Positions 1 through 10,525 of a stretch of DNA of 64,000 bases are shown here, in pieces; position 1 is the first letter of the stretch; each line of letters starts with the position of its first letter. A model generated the notes under the pieces. It ran no database searches, was not told the origin of the DNA, and saw only the letters and a program-made list of their open reading frames with translations. A program made the position numbers and the translations under genes. The DNA comes from Candidatus Latescibacterota bacterium (lineage in GTDB: Bacteria; Latescibacterota; UBA2968; UBA8231): NCBI GenBank assembly GCA_964291625.2, contig OZ220089.1:1408001-1472000 (forward strand), read 5' to 3'.

Positions 1-1275
1 TTCACTTTGGAAGACCCCAACGCCAGGATCAAGGGTTCACGGGATCCCCTTGGCATGCAGCCCATCTGGACAGCATTCGGACGGCACGTCGTCACGAATC
101 TCACAACCCAGACAAACTCCACACGCGGCTTTACGATCCTGCTTCTGGGACGCTACCTCGCCGAGCGAGCGATCGAGGACGGCCGGATCGGTCGCGAACT
201 GGCGCTTGATGCCTTCCTGCGCTTCGAGCAGATCGGGGCGTACGTGCGTTACATAGCACACGACGCGGCAGGAGACATCCGCGGCATCGACCGAGTACGA
301 TCCAGGCTTGACGAGCACCGCGGATTGGTCCCGATTCGAGCGGACTCCGATGGATTCATTCTCGGCGATCAGCGAGTCAACGGACTGTGGGGGTTATTCT
401 CGGTTTCGGCCCGGGTGTCTCGCCTCATCCCGGATGGCCCCATCGGATTGACACCCGAGGCGACAGCCTTCATCGAACGCGCATATCTGCCGATCTTGGA
501 GCCCACCATGGAGCGACTGCTGCGGCTTGTCGCGCGGGATGGGCGGCTCGATACCCGTAAGCCCGATGCGATCTTCTCGGCCCTGAGCGAGGTGTTGTCG
601 GAGTCGTTCACGGTAGAAGAGCAACACTTCTACGGTGAGCATCTTCGCGACGGCCTCCACGTCAAGGGAGCGGAATCCGGCCGCCAGCGGACCTTCCGGG
701 AGTTGCTCGTCCAGCACACCGAACTAACCCCGCCGACCGACCGCAGCGAAATCGTGCAATTGCAGGGAGCCGCTCGCTCGGTGGATGACGACCTCGCAAG
801 TCGCCTTGATCAGATTGCCCGGATCGAAGCCGTGCTCGCCCCTGCCATGTCACTCTTCGACTTCATGCTTACATGCCACCACCGACAACTAAGCGACATG
901 GCGGAAGAGCTCAGAGATCGTTGGGGGGATGCGGTCCCGTTCATCGACGTGGAGAAGAATCAAGACTTGCTCGCCGGCGTCGGCTTGGTTTGGTCCGAGG
1001 CAGTTCTCGGATGCTTCGAACGCTGCCTGCGGGGGCTTTCCGCCGGAGACTACTTGGAAGTCTTGGGGGCGTTGCTCGAGTGGCACAAGAGCATCATGGA
1101 CAGCAGGGGCGGCGCATCATGGGTGCAGATCAGGGAGGACGGGTCGCTGGACGTGAGATACCGAGGAGCGGACGAGAGATTGCCGTCCAGGGATGAACTG
1201 CCTCAATTGTGGCGGAACGGATACTTCATCGATTCCCTGAAGGACATCACCCGGCAACTTGGCAACGCGGCATGA
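1..1275 (+). CDS. Hypothetical protein with N-terminal GSRDPLG motif; first gene of PLD-helicase operon (5' end probably outside window)
   Basis: Frame is open from base 1 (FTLEDPNARIKGSRDPLG); stop overlaps next ATG (ATGA 1272-1275). Confidence 0.8.
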   Translation, partial: FTLEDPNARIKGSRDPLGMQPIWTAFGRHVVTNLTTQTNSTRGFTILLLGRYLAERAIEDGRIGRELALDAFLRFEQIGAYVRYIAHDAAGDIRGIDRVRSRLDEHRGLVPIRADSDGFILGDQRVNGLWGLFSVSARVSRLIPDGPIGLTPEATAFIERAYLPILEPTMERLLRLVARDGRLDTRKPDAIFSALSEVLSESFTVEEQHFYGEHLRDGLHVKGAESGRQRTFRELLVQHTELTPPTDRSEIVQLQGAARSVDDDLASRLDQIARIEAVLAPAMSLFDFMLTCHHRQLSDMAEELRDRWGDAVPFIDVEKNQDLLAGVGLVWSEAVLGCFERCLRGLSAGDYLEVLGALLEWHKSIMDSRGGASWVQIREDGSLDVRYRGADERLPSRDELPQLWRNGYFIDSLKDITRQLGNAA

Positions 1276-3317
1276 CCACCTCAGCACGGTTTCCGAGAGC
1301 AGTGCTCTCCGGTCGGCTTGCCGAGGCGCTACAGGGCCGACGGGTGCGCAGCGCCGTTTTCACCACGTTCAACTTCGATCCCGGATTTTTCGAGTTGCAG
1401 GTGCTGCCATTCCTCTTCTCCCAGAGCTTCAGCCAAGTGGACAAGGTGCGGTTGCTTCAGCTTGAGGATGCTCTGCGCGGTGTTGACCACCTGGCGGTCT
1501 ATTACGATCGCGGCGCTCTCTCCCAAGACGCGGAGCCGGCCCGGCTCGACTACCGGCGTATCGATGTCCGCCAAAGGACCGGTGTCTTTCACCCCAAGCT
1601 CGCCTTCGTGCTGGTAGATGAGCCCGAGGACAACCCGAGCGAGACCTCTCAGTCACTGGTGGTGGCCTGCCTCTCAGCGAACCTGAGCCGCGCTGGGTGG
1701 TGGGAAAACCTCGAGTGCGCCCACATCGTGGAAGTCCAGGATCAGGATCGTGCACCCGAGCGGGTTCCGTACCGGCGGGACCTCCTCGCCATTCTGCGTC
1801 GCATCCGTGCCTGTGCAGTAGATGATGATCACCAAGCCCTCGATGCGGTGCATGCCTTCCTCCGCGAACGTGTCTCTTCCGAGCGATACGTAAATGCGAG
1901 CGCAGGAGGACGCTGGCACACACGCCTCTTCGGCGGCGAAGGCAGGTCCGACCTCGCCAACTGGCTGCAAGAGCGCGGTCTCGGTCGCGACGACTGGAAT
2001 CTGGAGGTAATCTCTCCCTACTTCGATGCTCGCGGGGCTGCTCCGCTCAAGCGATTGACGGAGGCACTCAAGGTGCGGGAGACGCGCGTCCATCTGCCGC
2101 GCGATGCGGACGGCTCGCCGCTGGTGACAGTAGACGCATACAGTGCCACGGCCGCCCTCGATGGCGTGCGATGGGCGGAACTGCCAGAGGAGATGACGCG
2201 CCGCTCCGGCAGGGGGTCCGGGGAGCGCCTCACCCCCCGCCGGGTGCACGCGAAAGTGTACCGGCTCTGGCGCGGAGGTGGCGGTGACGTCGTGCTCGTG
2301 GGTTCAGTCAACTGCACGAGTCCGGCGCACAGCCGAGGAGGGGCGGGCAACCTCGAGGCGGCATTCCTGGTCGACATCTCGGACCATCAGGTTCCCAAGC
2401 GCTGGTGGCTTCGGCCCCTCGAGTACGACGCCGAGTGCTTCCCCGAGACCCCGCCGGAAGAAGGCGATGGCCTTGACCAGCCACCGTTCGGCGTCTCCAT
2501 CCGTTACCATTGGGGCGAGCGCGCCCTTGCGGTGCGCGTCGAGAGAGACATAGCGCTGCCGATCGAGGTGATGGATATCTCGGGCCGGCCGCTGTTCACC
2601 ATCCAACACGGAGATGTAGAGCGATGGTTTCTCTGCGATGGAAACGCGGCAACCGCGGTAAGCAAGAGCCTCAAATCGAGCAGCTTCGTGCAAGTGCGTC
2701 ACGGTAACGCTCATTGGCGCGTGCTGGTGCGTGAGGAAGGCATGGCGCACCGCCCTTCCATTCTGAGCGAGCTGAGCCCCGAGGAGATCCTGGAGTACTG
2801 GTCCTTGCTCTCGGCCGAGGAGCGTGCTGCCTTTATCGAGCGTCATGCTGCATTCGACCAGGAGATTGAAGGGATCCCCGCTACCCAAAGGGAATCGCTC
2901 GGGACCGGCGACACCTTGTTCGATCGTTACGCGGGGGTGTACCACGCCTTCGGCTGCCTGCGTCGGACTGTCGAGAAGGCCCTTGAGGACGGCCACCTCG
3001 AGGTGGTGGAAATGAGGTTGCTGGGCGCGAAGTATGACTCTCTGCCCGAGTTGCTCCGGAAGACACTAGAACGCAAGGATGGCGATCCGGTGCTCCGGTA
3101 CGTCACCTTCCTCACCGCAAAGCAGCTTCGGCGCTCCCTCGACAAGCGTCACCGGCAATTCCTTCGCGACCGCAAACTGCTCGTGCGAGAACTCGACAGG
3201 CTGATTGCAGCCGGAGTCAACCGGCGGGACGAGCTGTTTACCCACGACGAGGACCAGACACGAGCCTTCCTCGAATGGTTCGAGCCCGTCTTTCTCAAGG
3301 ACCTGGGACGTCTCTGA
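1272..3317 (+). CDS. Phospholipase D-superfamily nuclease-like protein
   Basis: Two HxK motifs (FHPKLAF...SANLS; VHAKVY...GSVNCT); ATGA coupling sets start at 1272. Confidence 0.8.
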   Translation: MTTSARFPRAVLSGRLAEALQGRRVRSAVFTTFNFDPGFFELQVLPFLFSQSFSQVDKVRLLQLEDALRGVDHLAVYYDRGALSQDAEPARLDYRRIDVRQRTGVFHPKLAFVLVDEPEDNPSETSQSLVVACLSANLSRAGWWENLECAHIVEVQDQDRAPERVPYRRDLLAILRRIRACAVDDDHQALDAVHAFLRERVSSERYVNASAGGRWHTRLFGGEGRSDLANWLQERGLGRDDWNLEVISPYFDARGAAPLKRLTEALKVRETRVHLPRDADGSPLVTVDAYSATAALDGVRWAELPEEMTRRSGRGSGERLTPRRVHAKVYRLWRGGGGDVVLVGSVNCTSPAHSRGGAGNLEAAFLVDISDHQVPKRWWLRPLEYDAECFPETPPEEGDGLDQPPFGVSIRYHWGERALAVRVERDIALPIEVMDISGRPLFTIQHGDVERWFLCDGNAATAVSKSLKSSSFVQVRHGNAHWRVLVREEGMAHRPSILSELSPEEILEYWSLLSAEERAAFIERHAAFDQEIEGIPATQRESLGTGDTLFDRYAGVYHAFGCLRRTVEKALEDGHLEVVEMRLLGAKYDSLPELLRKTLERKDGDPVLRYVTFLTAKQLRRSLDKRHRQFLRDRKLLVRELDRLIAAGVNRRDELFTHDEDQTRAFLEWFEPVFLKDLGRL

Positions 3318-6300
3318 TGCGCCCGATCACCCCCAAGTTCCTCGACAAACTGATTGACTTCGCACCATCCGGCGAGGATCGCGACAAGGCCTTCGGCTCC
3401 CAGCAACGCGAAGGAACGGTGGCGGCATTCAACATGCTGGCACAGAACGGTTGCGCGTATCTGGCTGACGAGGTGGGCATGGGCAAGACATACGTCGCCC
3501 TCGGGGTGATGAGCCTCCTGCGTTACTTCGATCCCCATGCACGCATTGTCGTGATCGCGCCAAGAGAGAACATCCAGCGCAAATGGGTGAAGGAGCTACA
3601 CAATTTCGTGGGCCGGAACTGGCGCGTCGTCGGCAACCGAGTGAGATCGCTTCAGGGCAGACCGGTGTGGGAGCCCGTGGTCTGCAACTCGCTCGTCGAG
3701 TTTGCCCGCGAAGCACTGGTCAACCAGGACCGGGATTTCTTCCTGCGCATGACGAGTTTCAGCATCAGGCTGGCGGATTCCGAAGACCGGAGCAAGACCC
3801 GCGACGCCTTGCTCCAGAGCGTCCCCTGGCTCAAACGCCGTGACGTGCCGAATTACAGTCCCGAGGAATTTCGTGACGCCTTCGCCCTTGCCCTGAACCG
3901 CGCGGTGCCGGAGGCCGACTTGGTCATTCTCGACGAAGCCCACAACCTGAAGCATGGGTTCGGCGCCGAGGGCAGCACACGGAACAGGGTCATGGGACTC
4001 GCCTTCGGCCACCCGGAGGGGGAGTCCCTTGGACGACCGTGGTACGTCAAGAGAGCCAAGCGGGTGCTGCTACTCTCGGCCACACCCTTTGAGGACGACT
4101 ACGCCGCCATCCAGCGCCAGCTCGAGGTCTTCGGCTTCGGTAACGCGAAACTCAGAGGGGCAAGTGGTGAAGCCGACGCCAAGGTGACAGACCTCGCCGA
4201 CCCCGATGTCGCGGAGGATCAGAAGCGCCGGATCGCCCAACGCCTTCTCATTCGCCGTGTCTCGGGCCTCAAGATCGCGGGCAGGCTGCATACGAAGAAC
4301 ATGTACCGGCGCGAGTGGCGACGGGGCGGGCTCGAACACCACGACGAGCCAATTGAGATCGATGATCCGAAGCAGCGCCTGATCGTGGCCCTGATGCAGA
4401 AGAAGGTGGCCGAGGTCTTGCAGACTGAGCGGTTCAACAACCATTTCCAGATCGGTATGCTGTCCTCGTTCGAGAGCTTCCTGCAATCTGTGGAGACCGC
4501 GCGCCGTCGGCGGCGGGAGGAGGAGCCAGCCTTCGATGGCGAAGAGCAGCGGCGCGGCTTGAGCGACAGGGAACGCGACGGCATCGACACCGAGGCAATC
4601 GCCGAGGTCGTGCGCTCCTATCGGGAGTCCTTTGAAAGCACCCTGCCTCATCCGAAACTCGATGTGACTGCCAAGGCTCTGTCCAGTGCGTTCGAGACCG
4701 GAGAGAAGACACTCGTATTCGTGCGTCGAGTGGCAACCGTAGAGGAGTTGGCGGCCAAGCTGGACGAGAGATTCGATCGCTGGATCCAGGCACGGATGGA
4801 GGGGCATCTCCCGGAGCTTCACGATGAGATCGGTGAGTTGTTCAATCGCTACGCGAAGGAACGGCTAAGCCGGCCCGACGAAGTCGAAGCCACCGAGGAC
4901 GACGCCGATCTCTCAAGCGAAACAGAGCGCATGGACCGCAGGGACGACCTCGAGGAAGACGACGAGGGAGGGGCGGAGAGCTTCTTCGCCTGGTTCTTCC
5001 GCGGAGACGGTCCGTCCGGCGTGCTCTCTGGGGCCGCGTTTCAGAAGAACCGCCTGTCATCAACCAGTTCCGCGTACGCCACCTTGTTCGAGGACGACTA
5101 CGTGGCAAGCCTCCTCGGGGTCGAAGGAGGTGAGGTGCTCAACTCCCTCGCCCGGGTGACGGGCGAATCTCTGGAGCGTTGCGAAGGACGGTTGCGGACT
5201 CTCGCATTCGGAGTCTTCCACGGACGCAGCCGGCAGCGCGAGGGCTATCCGCGGCTGTACGTGTTCGAGGGTTACCAAGCAGCTGGCCTCGCGCTTCTTC
5301 GGCAGTGTGACGGGAAGATCGCCAAGCAAGCCGGGGTGATGTTGGAAGAGCGGTTCCCGGATTTCCGTCCCACTTCCCTCGAGCCGCCCCCCGGGTTTCC
5401 CGGACCTGGTGTAGGGCTCGGCATCACTACCGTTTTCACCGAACTCCGCAAACGCCCTGCGCTACGGAAGCATCTCTGGCCGGAAGAACACCCCGACGTC
5501 CGCAGAGACCAGAGCAAGTTCCGGACCAAGTTTCGCGACCAAGAGCAGCGCCGCGAGCTCCTGAGCGGCATGAGCCGCCTCGGTGCCCCCTATGTCGATC
5601 TCTATCTGCTGGCGATTCGGCGCATCGGCTCGTTCGCCCTCGGCCAGCGCCGGGAAGCCGAGTCCGCCACTGAACTGGCTTTGGATTTCGTCAACCTCCT
5701 CGATCGCCAGGAGGGTGAACCGGGATTCCACGCCTTCCACGAGCTCTCGCAGGCCGCGGAAGCCTTTGACCAAATCTTGTCCGTCAATTTCCCCGCAGTG
5801 CCGACTTGCCCCCTGCCGGATCTCCGCCGGCTCTACGGCCTCACCCTGCAGAAGCAGGTGCCGGTGGGTCGGATGTCGGGAGGTGTCAATCAGCGCCTAG
5901 TGCGGCAGTTCCGCATGCCCGGCTTCCCCTTGCTGCTGGTTACCACCGACGTGCTGCAGGAAGGCGAGGACCTCCACACCTTCTGCCGGCGGATCGTCCA
6001 CTACGGAATCGCCTGGACACCATCGGCGATGGAGCAGCGCACGGGCCGGGTGGACCGCATCGGGGGTCTGGTGCAGCGCCGCCTCGACGGTTCCCCCGTG
6101 CCTGCTGCGGCCGACGACTTCATCCAGGTCTACTATCCGCACTTGCGCGACACGGTTGAACTCTTGCAGGTGCGCCGCGTGCTCCGCCGCCTCAACAGGT
6201 TCCTGCGCCTGATCCACCGCGGCGACACTGCGGCGGGGGCGGACGGACATGCCATCGACGCGGCCCGTGCACTGCTCGAAGAGGTCGAAGACACGCCGCC

Positions 6301-6850
6301 GATCAAGGGAGAGCTCCAGTCCGCGTTCCCGATTGAGGCCGGTTGGCTCGATGGCGATCTGGGCGCCGACGATGTCACCGTGCCCGACTGGGAGAGCCAG
6401 TACTCTCATCTCGAAACACTCTGGCTAGGGCTTTGCGAGCATCACCGGATCGCCAATCCGACATCCGTCTTCAAGCACCTGCGCCGTGGAGAGTTCCCGG
6501 CTGCCCAAGGCCGGATGCAGCCCTTCACCTTCGGTCTGCGCTCCCAAGTAGCGGGGGACGAGATCCTGATCGAGTGTCAGAGCACGATCGGGTTTGTCGA
6601 CCTGCAGGAAGACGACGTCGTCAATGCACTGATGGACGCCCTCGATGGCACCAGTGGGGTGAAGCTCTGCGTCGATCCGCGCGTCGGCAAGCATCAGGAC
6701 CAGATATACGTCCGGCGTGAGCTGCTGTTCCACCCTGAAGCCACCCGCCTCACGGATGTTCTCGCCATGTTCGAGAACACTCTTCCCCCCGCAGTCCACC
6801 TGCGCGCCTTCCTAGAAGGCACCGGCCTGCTCGGCACGAGCGTTGACTGA
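3317..6850 (+). CDS. SF2 (SNF2-like) helicase with C-terminal extension
   Basis: LADEVGMGKT, ILDEAHN, LLSATP, TDVLQEGEDLH, EQRTGRVDR motifs; TGATG coupling at 3315-3319. Confidence 0.9.
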   Translation: MRPITPKFLDKLIDFAPSGEDRDKAFGSQQREGTVAAFNMLAQNGCAYLADEVGMGKTYVALGVMSLLRYFDPHARIVVIAPRENIQRKWVKELHNFVGRNWRVVGNRVRSLQGRPVWEPVVCNSLVEFAREALVNQDRDFFLRMTSFSIRLADSEDRSKTRDALLQSVPWLKRRDVPNYSPEEFRDAFALALNRAVPEADLVILDEAHNLKHGFGAEGSTRNRVMGLAFGHPEGESLGRPWYVKRAKRVLLLSATPFEDDYAAIQRQLEVFGFGNAKLRGASGEADAKVTDLADPDVAEDQKRRIAQRLLIRRVSGLKIAGRLHTKNMYRREWRRGGLEHHDEPIEIDDPKQRLIVALMQKKVAEVLQTERFNNHFQIGMLSSFESFLQSVETARRRRREEEPAFDGEEQRRGLSDRERDGIDTEAIAEVVRSYRESFESTLPHPKLDVTAKALSSAFETGEKTLVFVRRVATVEELAAKLDERFDRWIQARMEGHLPELHDEIGELFNRYAKERLSRPDEVEATEDDADLSSETERMDRRDDLEEDDEGGAESFFAWFFRGDGPSGVLSGAAFQKNRLSSTSSAYATLFEDDYVASLLGVEGGEVLNSLARVTGESLERCEGRLRTLAFGVFHGRSRQREGYPRLYVFEGYQAAGLALLRQCDGKIAKQAGVMLEERFPDFRPTSLEPPPGFPGPGVGLGITTVFTELRKRPALRKHLWPEEHPDVRRDQSKFRTKFRDQEQRRELLSGMSRLGAPYVDLYLLAIRRIGSFALGQRREAESATELALDFVNLLDRQEGEPGFHAFHELSQAAEAFDQILSVNFPAVPTCPLPDLRRLYGLTLQKQVPVGRMSGGVNQRLVRQFRMPGFPLLLVTTDVLQEGEDLHTFCRRIVHYGIAWTPSAMEQRTGRVDRIGGLVQRRLDGSPVPAAADDFIQVYYPHLRDTVELLQVRRVLRRLNRFLRLIHRGDTAAGADGHAIDAARALLEEVEDTPPIKGELQSAFPIEAGWLDGDLGADDVTVPDWESQYSHLETLWLGLCEHHRIANPTSVFKHLRRGEFPAAQGRMQPFTFGLRSQVAGDEILIECQSTIGFVDLQEDDVVNALMDALDGTSGVKLCVDPRVGKHQDQIYVRRELLFHPEATRLTDVLAMFENTLPPAVHLRAFLEGTGLLGTSVD

Positions 6851-7245
6851 TGGAAGGTCTGCTTCACGGGATTGACGAGCTGATCAAAGAGGAGCGTCTT
6901 CCCTGGACCCGCATCGGCAACCAGGTACGGATCTCGCGCTCGCGAACCGGGCGCTCGCAGGTCGTACGGGTCGCTCGGCGGAGTGACCGCTACGTATTCT
7001 CTTCAGTCATCGCCCGCGTAGCCGCGCTGAATGAAGACCGAAGGGCGCTCGCCTTCCGGCTCTGGCGGCGAAATGCCCTGAAGGCAGTGGTAATGTTCAC
7101 CATTGATCGCCGGGACCGGGTGATCGGTCTGATCGATCAGCCAATCGAGAGCGTGAACCCCAAGGAGATCAAGTTCTACCTCGAGACGCTGGCTCATGAG
7201 TGCGACCGGCTGGAGTACATACTGACCGGAGCGGACATGCGGTGA
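6850..7245 (+). CDS. YbjN / type III secretion chaperone-like small protein
   Basis: 131 aa; helix-strands-helix(LWRRN)-strands-helix pattern ending ECDRLEYILTGAD; TGATG coupling. Confidence 0.6.
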   Translation: MEGLLHGIDELIKEERLPWTRIGNQVRISRSRTGRSQVVRVARRSDRYVFSSVIARVAALNEDRRALAFRLWRRNALKAVVMFTIDRRDRVIGLIDQPIESVNPKEIKFYLETLAHECDRLEYILTGADMR

Positions 7246-9395
7246 CGCGCACCGAAACCACTCGTGGCGCGACGCGAAGTCTCGACGCCGGAAACCCACC
7301 CCTTCACGACCCACACCTCCAGGCCGCCCTCGAAGCCGTCCAGGCCGGCGACCCCGAGGCCCTCCGCCCCCTGCTGGAGACCCACCCCTCCATCGTAAAC
7401 ACTCCCCTGCCGCACGACGGCCGCACCCGGCGACCCATGCCGACGCTGCTGCACCGGGCCATCCTCGCCTGGATCGAAGGGGAGCCGCAGGTGCCCCAGC
7501 TGCTGATCGATCACGGCGCCGACGTGAACAGCACGTCGGGCGGGACCCTGGCGCCGCTGGAGATGGCGGCGGCGTCCCTGCACCCGGGGATCGCCGAGCT
7601 GCTGATCGCCAACGGCGCCGACGTGGAGCTGCACGTCGAGCTGCCGCCGGTGGAGGTGGCCGTCCGCTACCAGAGGAGGCAGATCTTCAAGTTCCTGATC
7701 GCGGCGGGCGCGCGGTACGACATCTCCCATACCCTGCGCCTGGGCATGATGGCGGAGACCCGGGCCCTGCTCGCGGCCGATCCGTCTCTGGCCAACATCG
7801 AGACCGACCACGGGCTGCCGCTGAACCTGGCCGTGGGCCGACCCGGCATCTTCAAGCTGCTGCTGCGCCACGGGGCGGACATCCACGCCGAGGACTCCCT
7901 CGGCCTGACGCCGTTGAAGGCGGCGCGAACCCCGGACAGCGGCAAGGAGGTGCGGGCCCTGCTGGAGATGGGCGTCGAGGACGACATCTACGGCGCCATC
8001 TCGGCCGGCGACGAGGACCGGGTCGAGGCGATCCTGAAGGCCGACCCGGCACAGGCCCACCCGGTGGGCTGCTGGCCGCAACGGGGGCCGGTCCCGCCCG
8101 TCATCTGGGCGGTCTGGTCGGGGTCGACGCGCATCCTCGAGCTGATCCTGGAGCAGGACGTGGCCCTCGACATCCGGCCGAACCCGCTCAGCACCGCCAT
8201 CGGCTACGACTACGACGAGATGGTGCGCATGCTGCTGGACAAGGGGGCCTCGCCCGAGTGCGCGGACCCCTCCGACTGGCCGGGGGCCTCCAGGCTGCGG
8301 CCGTACCGTTTCGTCTTTCCGGCGGATCCTCCCCGGCCCCACGTGCCCCTATACACGGCCCTGCGCGGGGGAACCATCGCCGCCGTGGAAATGCTGCTCG
8401 ACGCCGGGGCGGACCCGAACTGCACCCTGACGGACTGGGCCGGCCTTCAGTGGCCGGCGCTGGCGGGCAATCTGCGGCAGGTGAAGCTCCTGCTCGACCG
8501 GGGCGGCGATCCGTCCAGCCCCTGCGCCGAGAGCGCCCTCCGTTGGGCCGTGCAGCTGTGCCGGCGGCCGATGATCGAGCTGCTCGTCACCCGCGGCGTC
8601 GACATCGACACGGTAGACGCGGACGGCCGGGGTCTGCTGGACATGGTGGGCAAGTCCGACTGGAGGCCGCGCCGCCCGGAGCGGGTCCTGACGACCGCCT
8701 TGCTGGAGGAGCTGATGGGGCTCTTCCACGGGTCCCGGCAGGAGGCGCGACTCCTGCGTCTGCGCGGCGACATCATGGACGCGGTCATCGAGGGCCGGAC
8801 CGGCGACCTGCGCGCCGTGCAGGCGGAGGCGCCCGAGCTCCTGGAGCGGGAGCTGGTGCGGGACGAGCTGTTCCACTGGGCCGCCAGCCGGGGTCACGGC
8901 CACGTGGTCGATCTGCTGGCGGAGCTGGGCGCGCCCATGACGATCAGCGTCGCCGCGGCCCTCGGGCGGGCGGAGCTGGTCGACTCCATGTTGGCGGCGG
9001 ACCCGTCCCTGGTGGAGGGAGACCTGACGCCCGAGGAGATCGACTGGAACAAGCACCTGCCCTGGCCCCAGCACCCGCCCCTCGTCGTCGCCGCCATGAA
9101 CGACCGCACAGAGGTGGCGGCGCTGCTGCTGGACCGCGGCGCCCAGATCGACCGCCAGGTCGGCTGGTACCAGACCACGGCCCTCCACCACGCCGTGAGC
9201 AGCGAGTCCACCAAGACCGTCAAGCTCCTGCTGGACCGGGGCGCCGACGTCAGCATCCGCAGCCGGAACCACCACCTGCCGACGGCCCTGGTGAAGAACT
9301 GGCCGCCCACGGTTTCGCGCCGCGAGATCCGCGACCTGCTCGTCGCCCACGGGGCCAACCCCGAGGAACAGCTCCCTCACAGCGCAGGTGAATGA
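7242..9395 (+). CDS. Ankyrin repeat protein (paralog A)
   Basis: Repeated TPL/ALH...LL..GADVN motifs; GTG at 7242 overlaps previous stop (start uncertain). Confidence 0.85.
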   Translation: MTRTETTRGATRSLDAGNPPLHDPHLQAALEAVQAGDPEALRPLLETHPSIVNTPLPHDGRTRRPMPTLLHRAILAWIEGEPQVPQLLIDHGADVNSTSGGTLAPLEMAAASLHPGIAELLIANGADVELHVELPPVEVAVRYQRRQIFKFLIAAGARYDISHTLRLGMMAETRALLAADPSLANIETDHGLPLNLAVGRPGIFKLLLRHGADIHAEDSLGLTPLKAARTPDSGKEVRALLEMGVEDDIYGAISAGDEDRVEAILKADPAQAHPVGCWPQRGPVPPVIWAVWSGSTRILELILEQDVALDIRPNPLSTAIGYDYDEMVRMLLDKGASPECADPSDWPGASRLRPYRFVFPADPPRPHVPLYTALRGGTIAAVEMLLDAGADPNCTLTDWAGLQWPALAGNLRQVKLLLDRGGDPSSPCAESALRWAVQLCRRPMIELLVTRGVDIDTVDADGRGLLDMVGKSDWRPRRPERVLTTALLEELMGLFHGSRQEARLLRLRGDIMDAVIEGRTGDLRAVQAEAPELLERELVRDELFHWAASRGHGHVVDLLAELGAPMTISVAAALGRAELVDSMLAADPSLVEGDLTPEEIDWNKHLPWPQHPPLVVAAMNDRTEVAALLLDRGAQIDRQVGWYQTTALHHAVSSESTKTVKLLLDRGADVSIRSRNHHLPTALVKNWPPTVSRREIRDLLVAHGANPEEQLPHSAGE

Positions 9396-9414
9396 CACCC
9401 AGGGAGAGGATCGC

Positions 9415-10503
9415 ATGGATCGCAGGGAGACCGCCGCCTTCTGGAGACAGGCCTGGATGTCGGAACACGAACGCCCGCTGACGCCGGCTGAGGAGGAGTT
9501 CGTGGACGCATCCGTTCGCCTCACCTCCGACCGCTGGAGCGGCGAGTGCGACGTGGAGCGCATGACGGCCCTCGTCGAGCGCCTTCCCTCGCTGCTCGAG
9601 ACGATCGGACCCGCGGTGCTCAACATCGCCGCGTACCGGGGCGGCTGCGCCCCGGCCCTGGAGCTCCTGCTCGACCGGGGGCTGGTGTTCTCGGTGGCCG
9701 AGCACCGCGCGAAAGGCGGCAAGGCGTCCGAGTACGACATCGTCCACGAGGCCGCCTGGGCGGTCTCCACCGACAACTTGCGCATCCTCCTCGAGCGCGG
9801 CATGGCCGACCCCAGGAGCACCTCGAACCCGCACACCGGCTGGCCCGACAACGTCTCCCTCCTCTACTGGGCGGCCGTCCAGGGGGGAGACGATGGGGAC
9901 GGCGAGGCCCTCACCCGACTGCTGCTGGAGCACGGCGCCGACCCCGAGGTCAAGTTCAAGGGCAACGGCGAGCGCGGGTGCACCGCCCTGCAGGAGGCCT
10001 GCGTCCACGGACTGGGCAGCCGCGACGGGATCGTCCAGGCCCTGATCGACCACGGCGCCCACTACGACGCCTTCTCCGCCAGCGCCCGGGACGACCTCGA
10101 CCGCCTGCGCCAGTGCGCGCGGGAAGAGCCCGAAGTGGCGCGCTCCCTGGGAGAGGCGGAGATGACCCCCCTCCACTGGGCATCCCGCGCCGGCGCGCTG
10201 CGCTGCGCCAGGTGGCTGCTGAACCACGGAGCGGATGTGGACGCTCAGACCGCGGCGGGGCGGACCCCCCTGCACATGGCCGACGGCCCCGAGATGCTGT
10301 GGCTGCTGGCCGGGAAGGTCGCGAACCTGAACCCCCAGGACCGCAAGGGCCGCACGCCGCTGCACCAGGCGATGTATGGGGGTGACCTTGAGAAGGCGGA
10401 GATCCTGATCGTGCTCGGCGCCGACGTGCGCATCCCCAACCGGCAGGGGAAGACACCGCTGGAGGTGGCGCGCAAGGAGTGCCTGTTCTTCAAGCGGGGG
10501 TGA
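9415..10503 (+). CDS. Ankyrin repeat protein
   Basis: TPLHWA, GRTPLH and LL.HGAD motifs; GGAGAGG RBS before ATG 9415. Confidence 0.85.
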   Translation: MDRRETAAFWRQAWMSEHERPLTPAEEEFVDASVRLTSDRWSGECDVERMTALVERLPSLLETIGPAVLNIAAYRGGCAPALELLLDRGLVFSVAEHRAKGGKASEYDIVHEAAWAVSTDNLRILLERGMADPRSTSNPHTGWPDNVSLLYWAAVQGGDDGDGEALTRLLLEHGADPEVKFKGNGERGCTALQEACVHGLGSRDGIVQALIDHGAHYDAFSASARDDLDRLRQCAREEPEVARSLGEAEMTPLHWASRAGALRCARWLLNHGADVDAQTAAGRTPLHMADGPEMLWLLAGKVANLNPQDRKGRTPLHQAMYGGDLEKAEILIVLGADVRIPNRQGKTPLEVARKECLFFKRG

Positions 10504-10525
10504 CCCGCGGCGTCCATCAGTTCTC

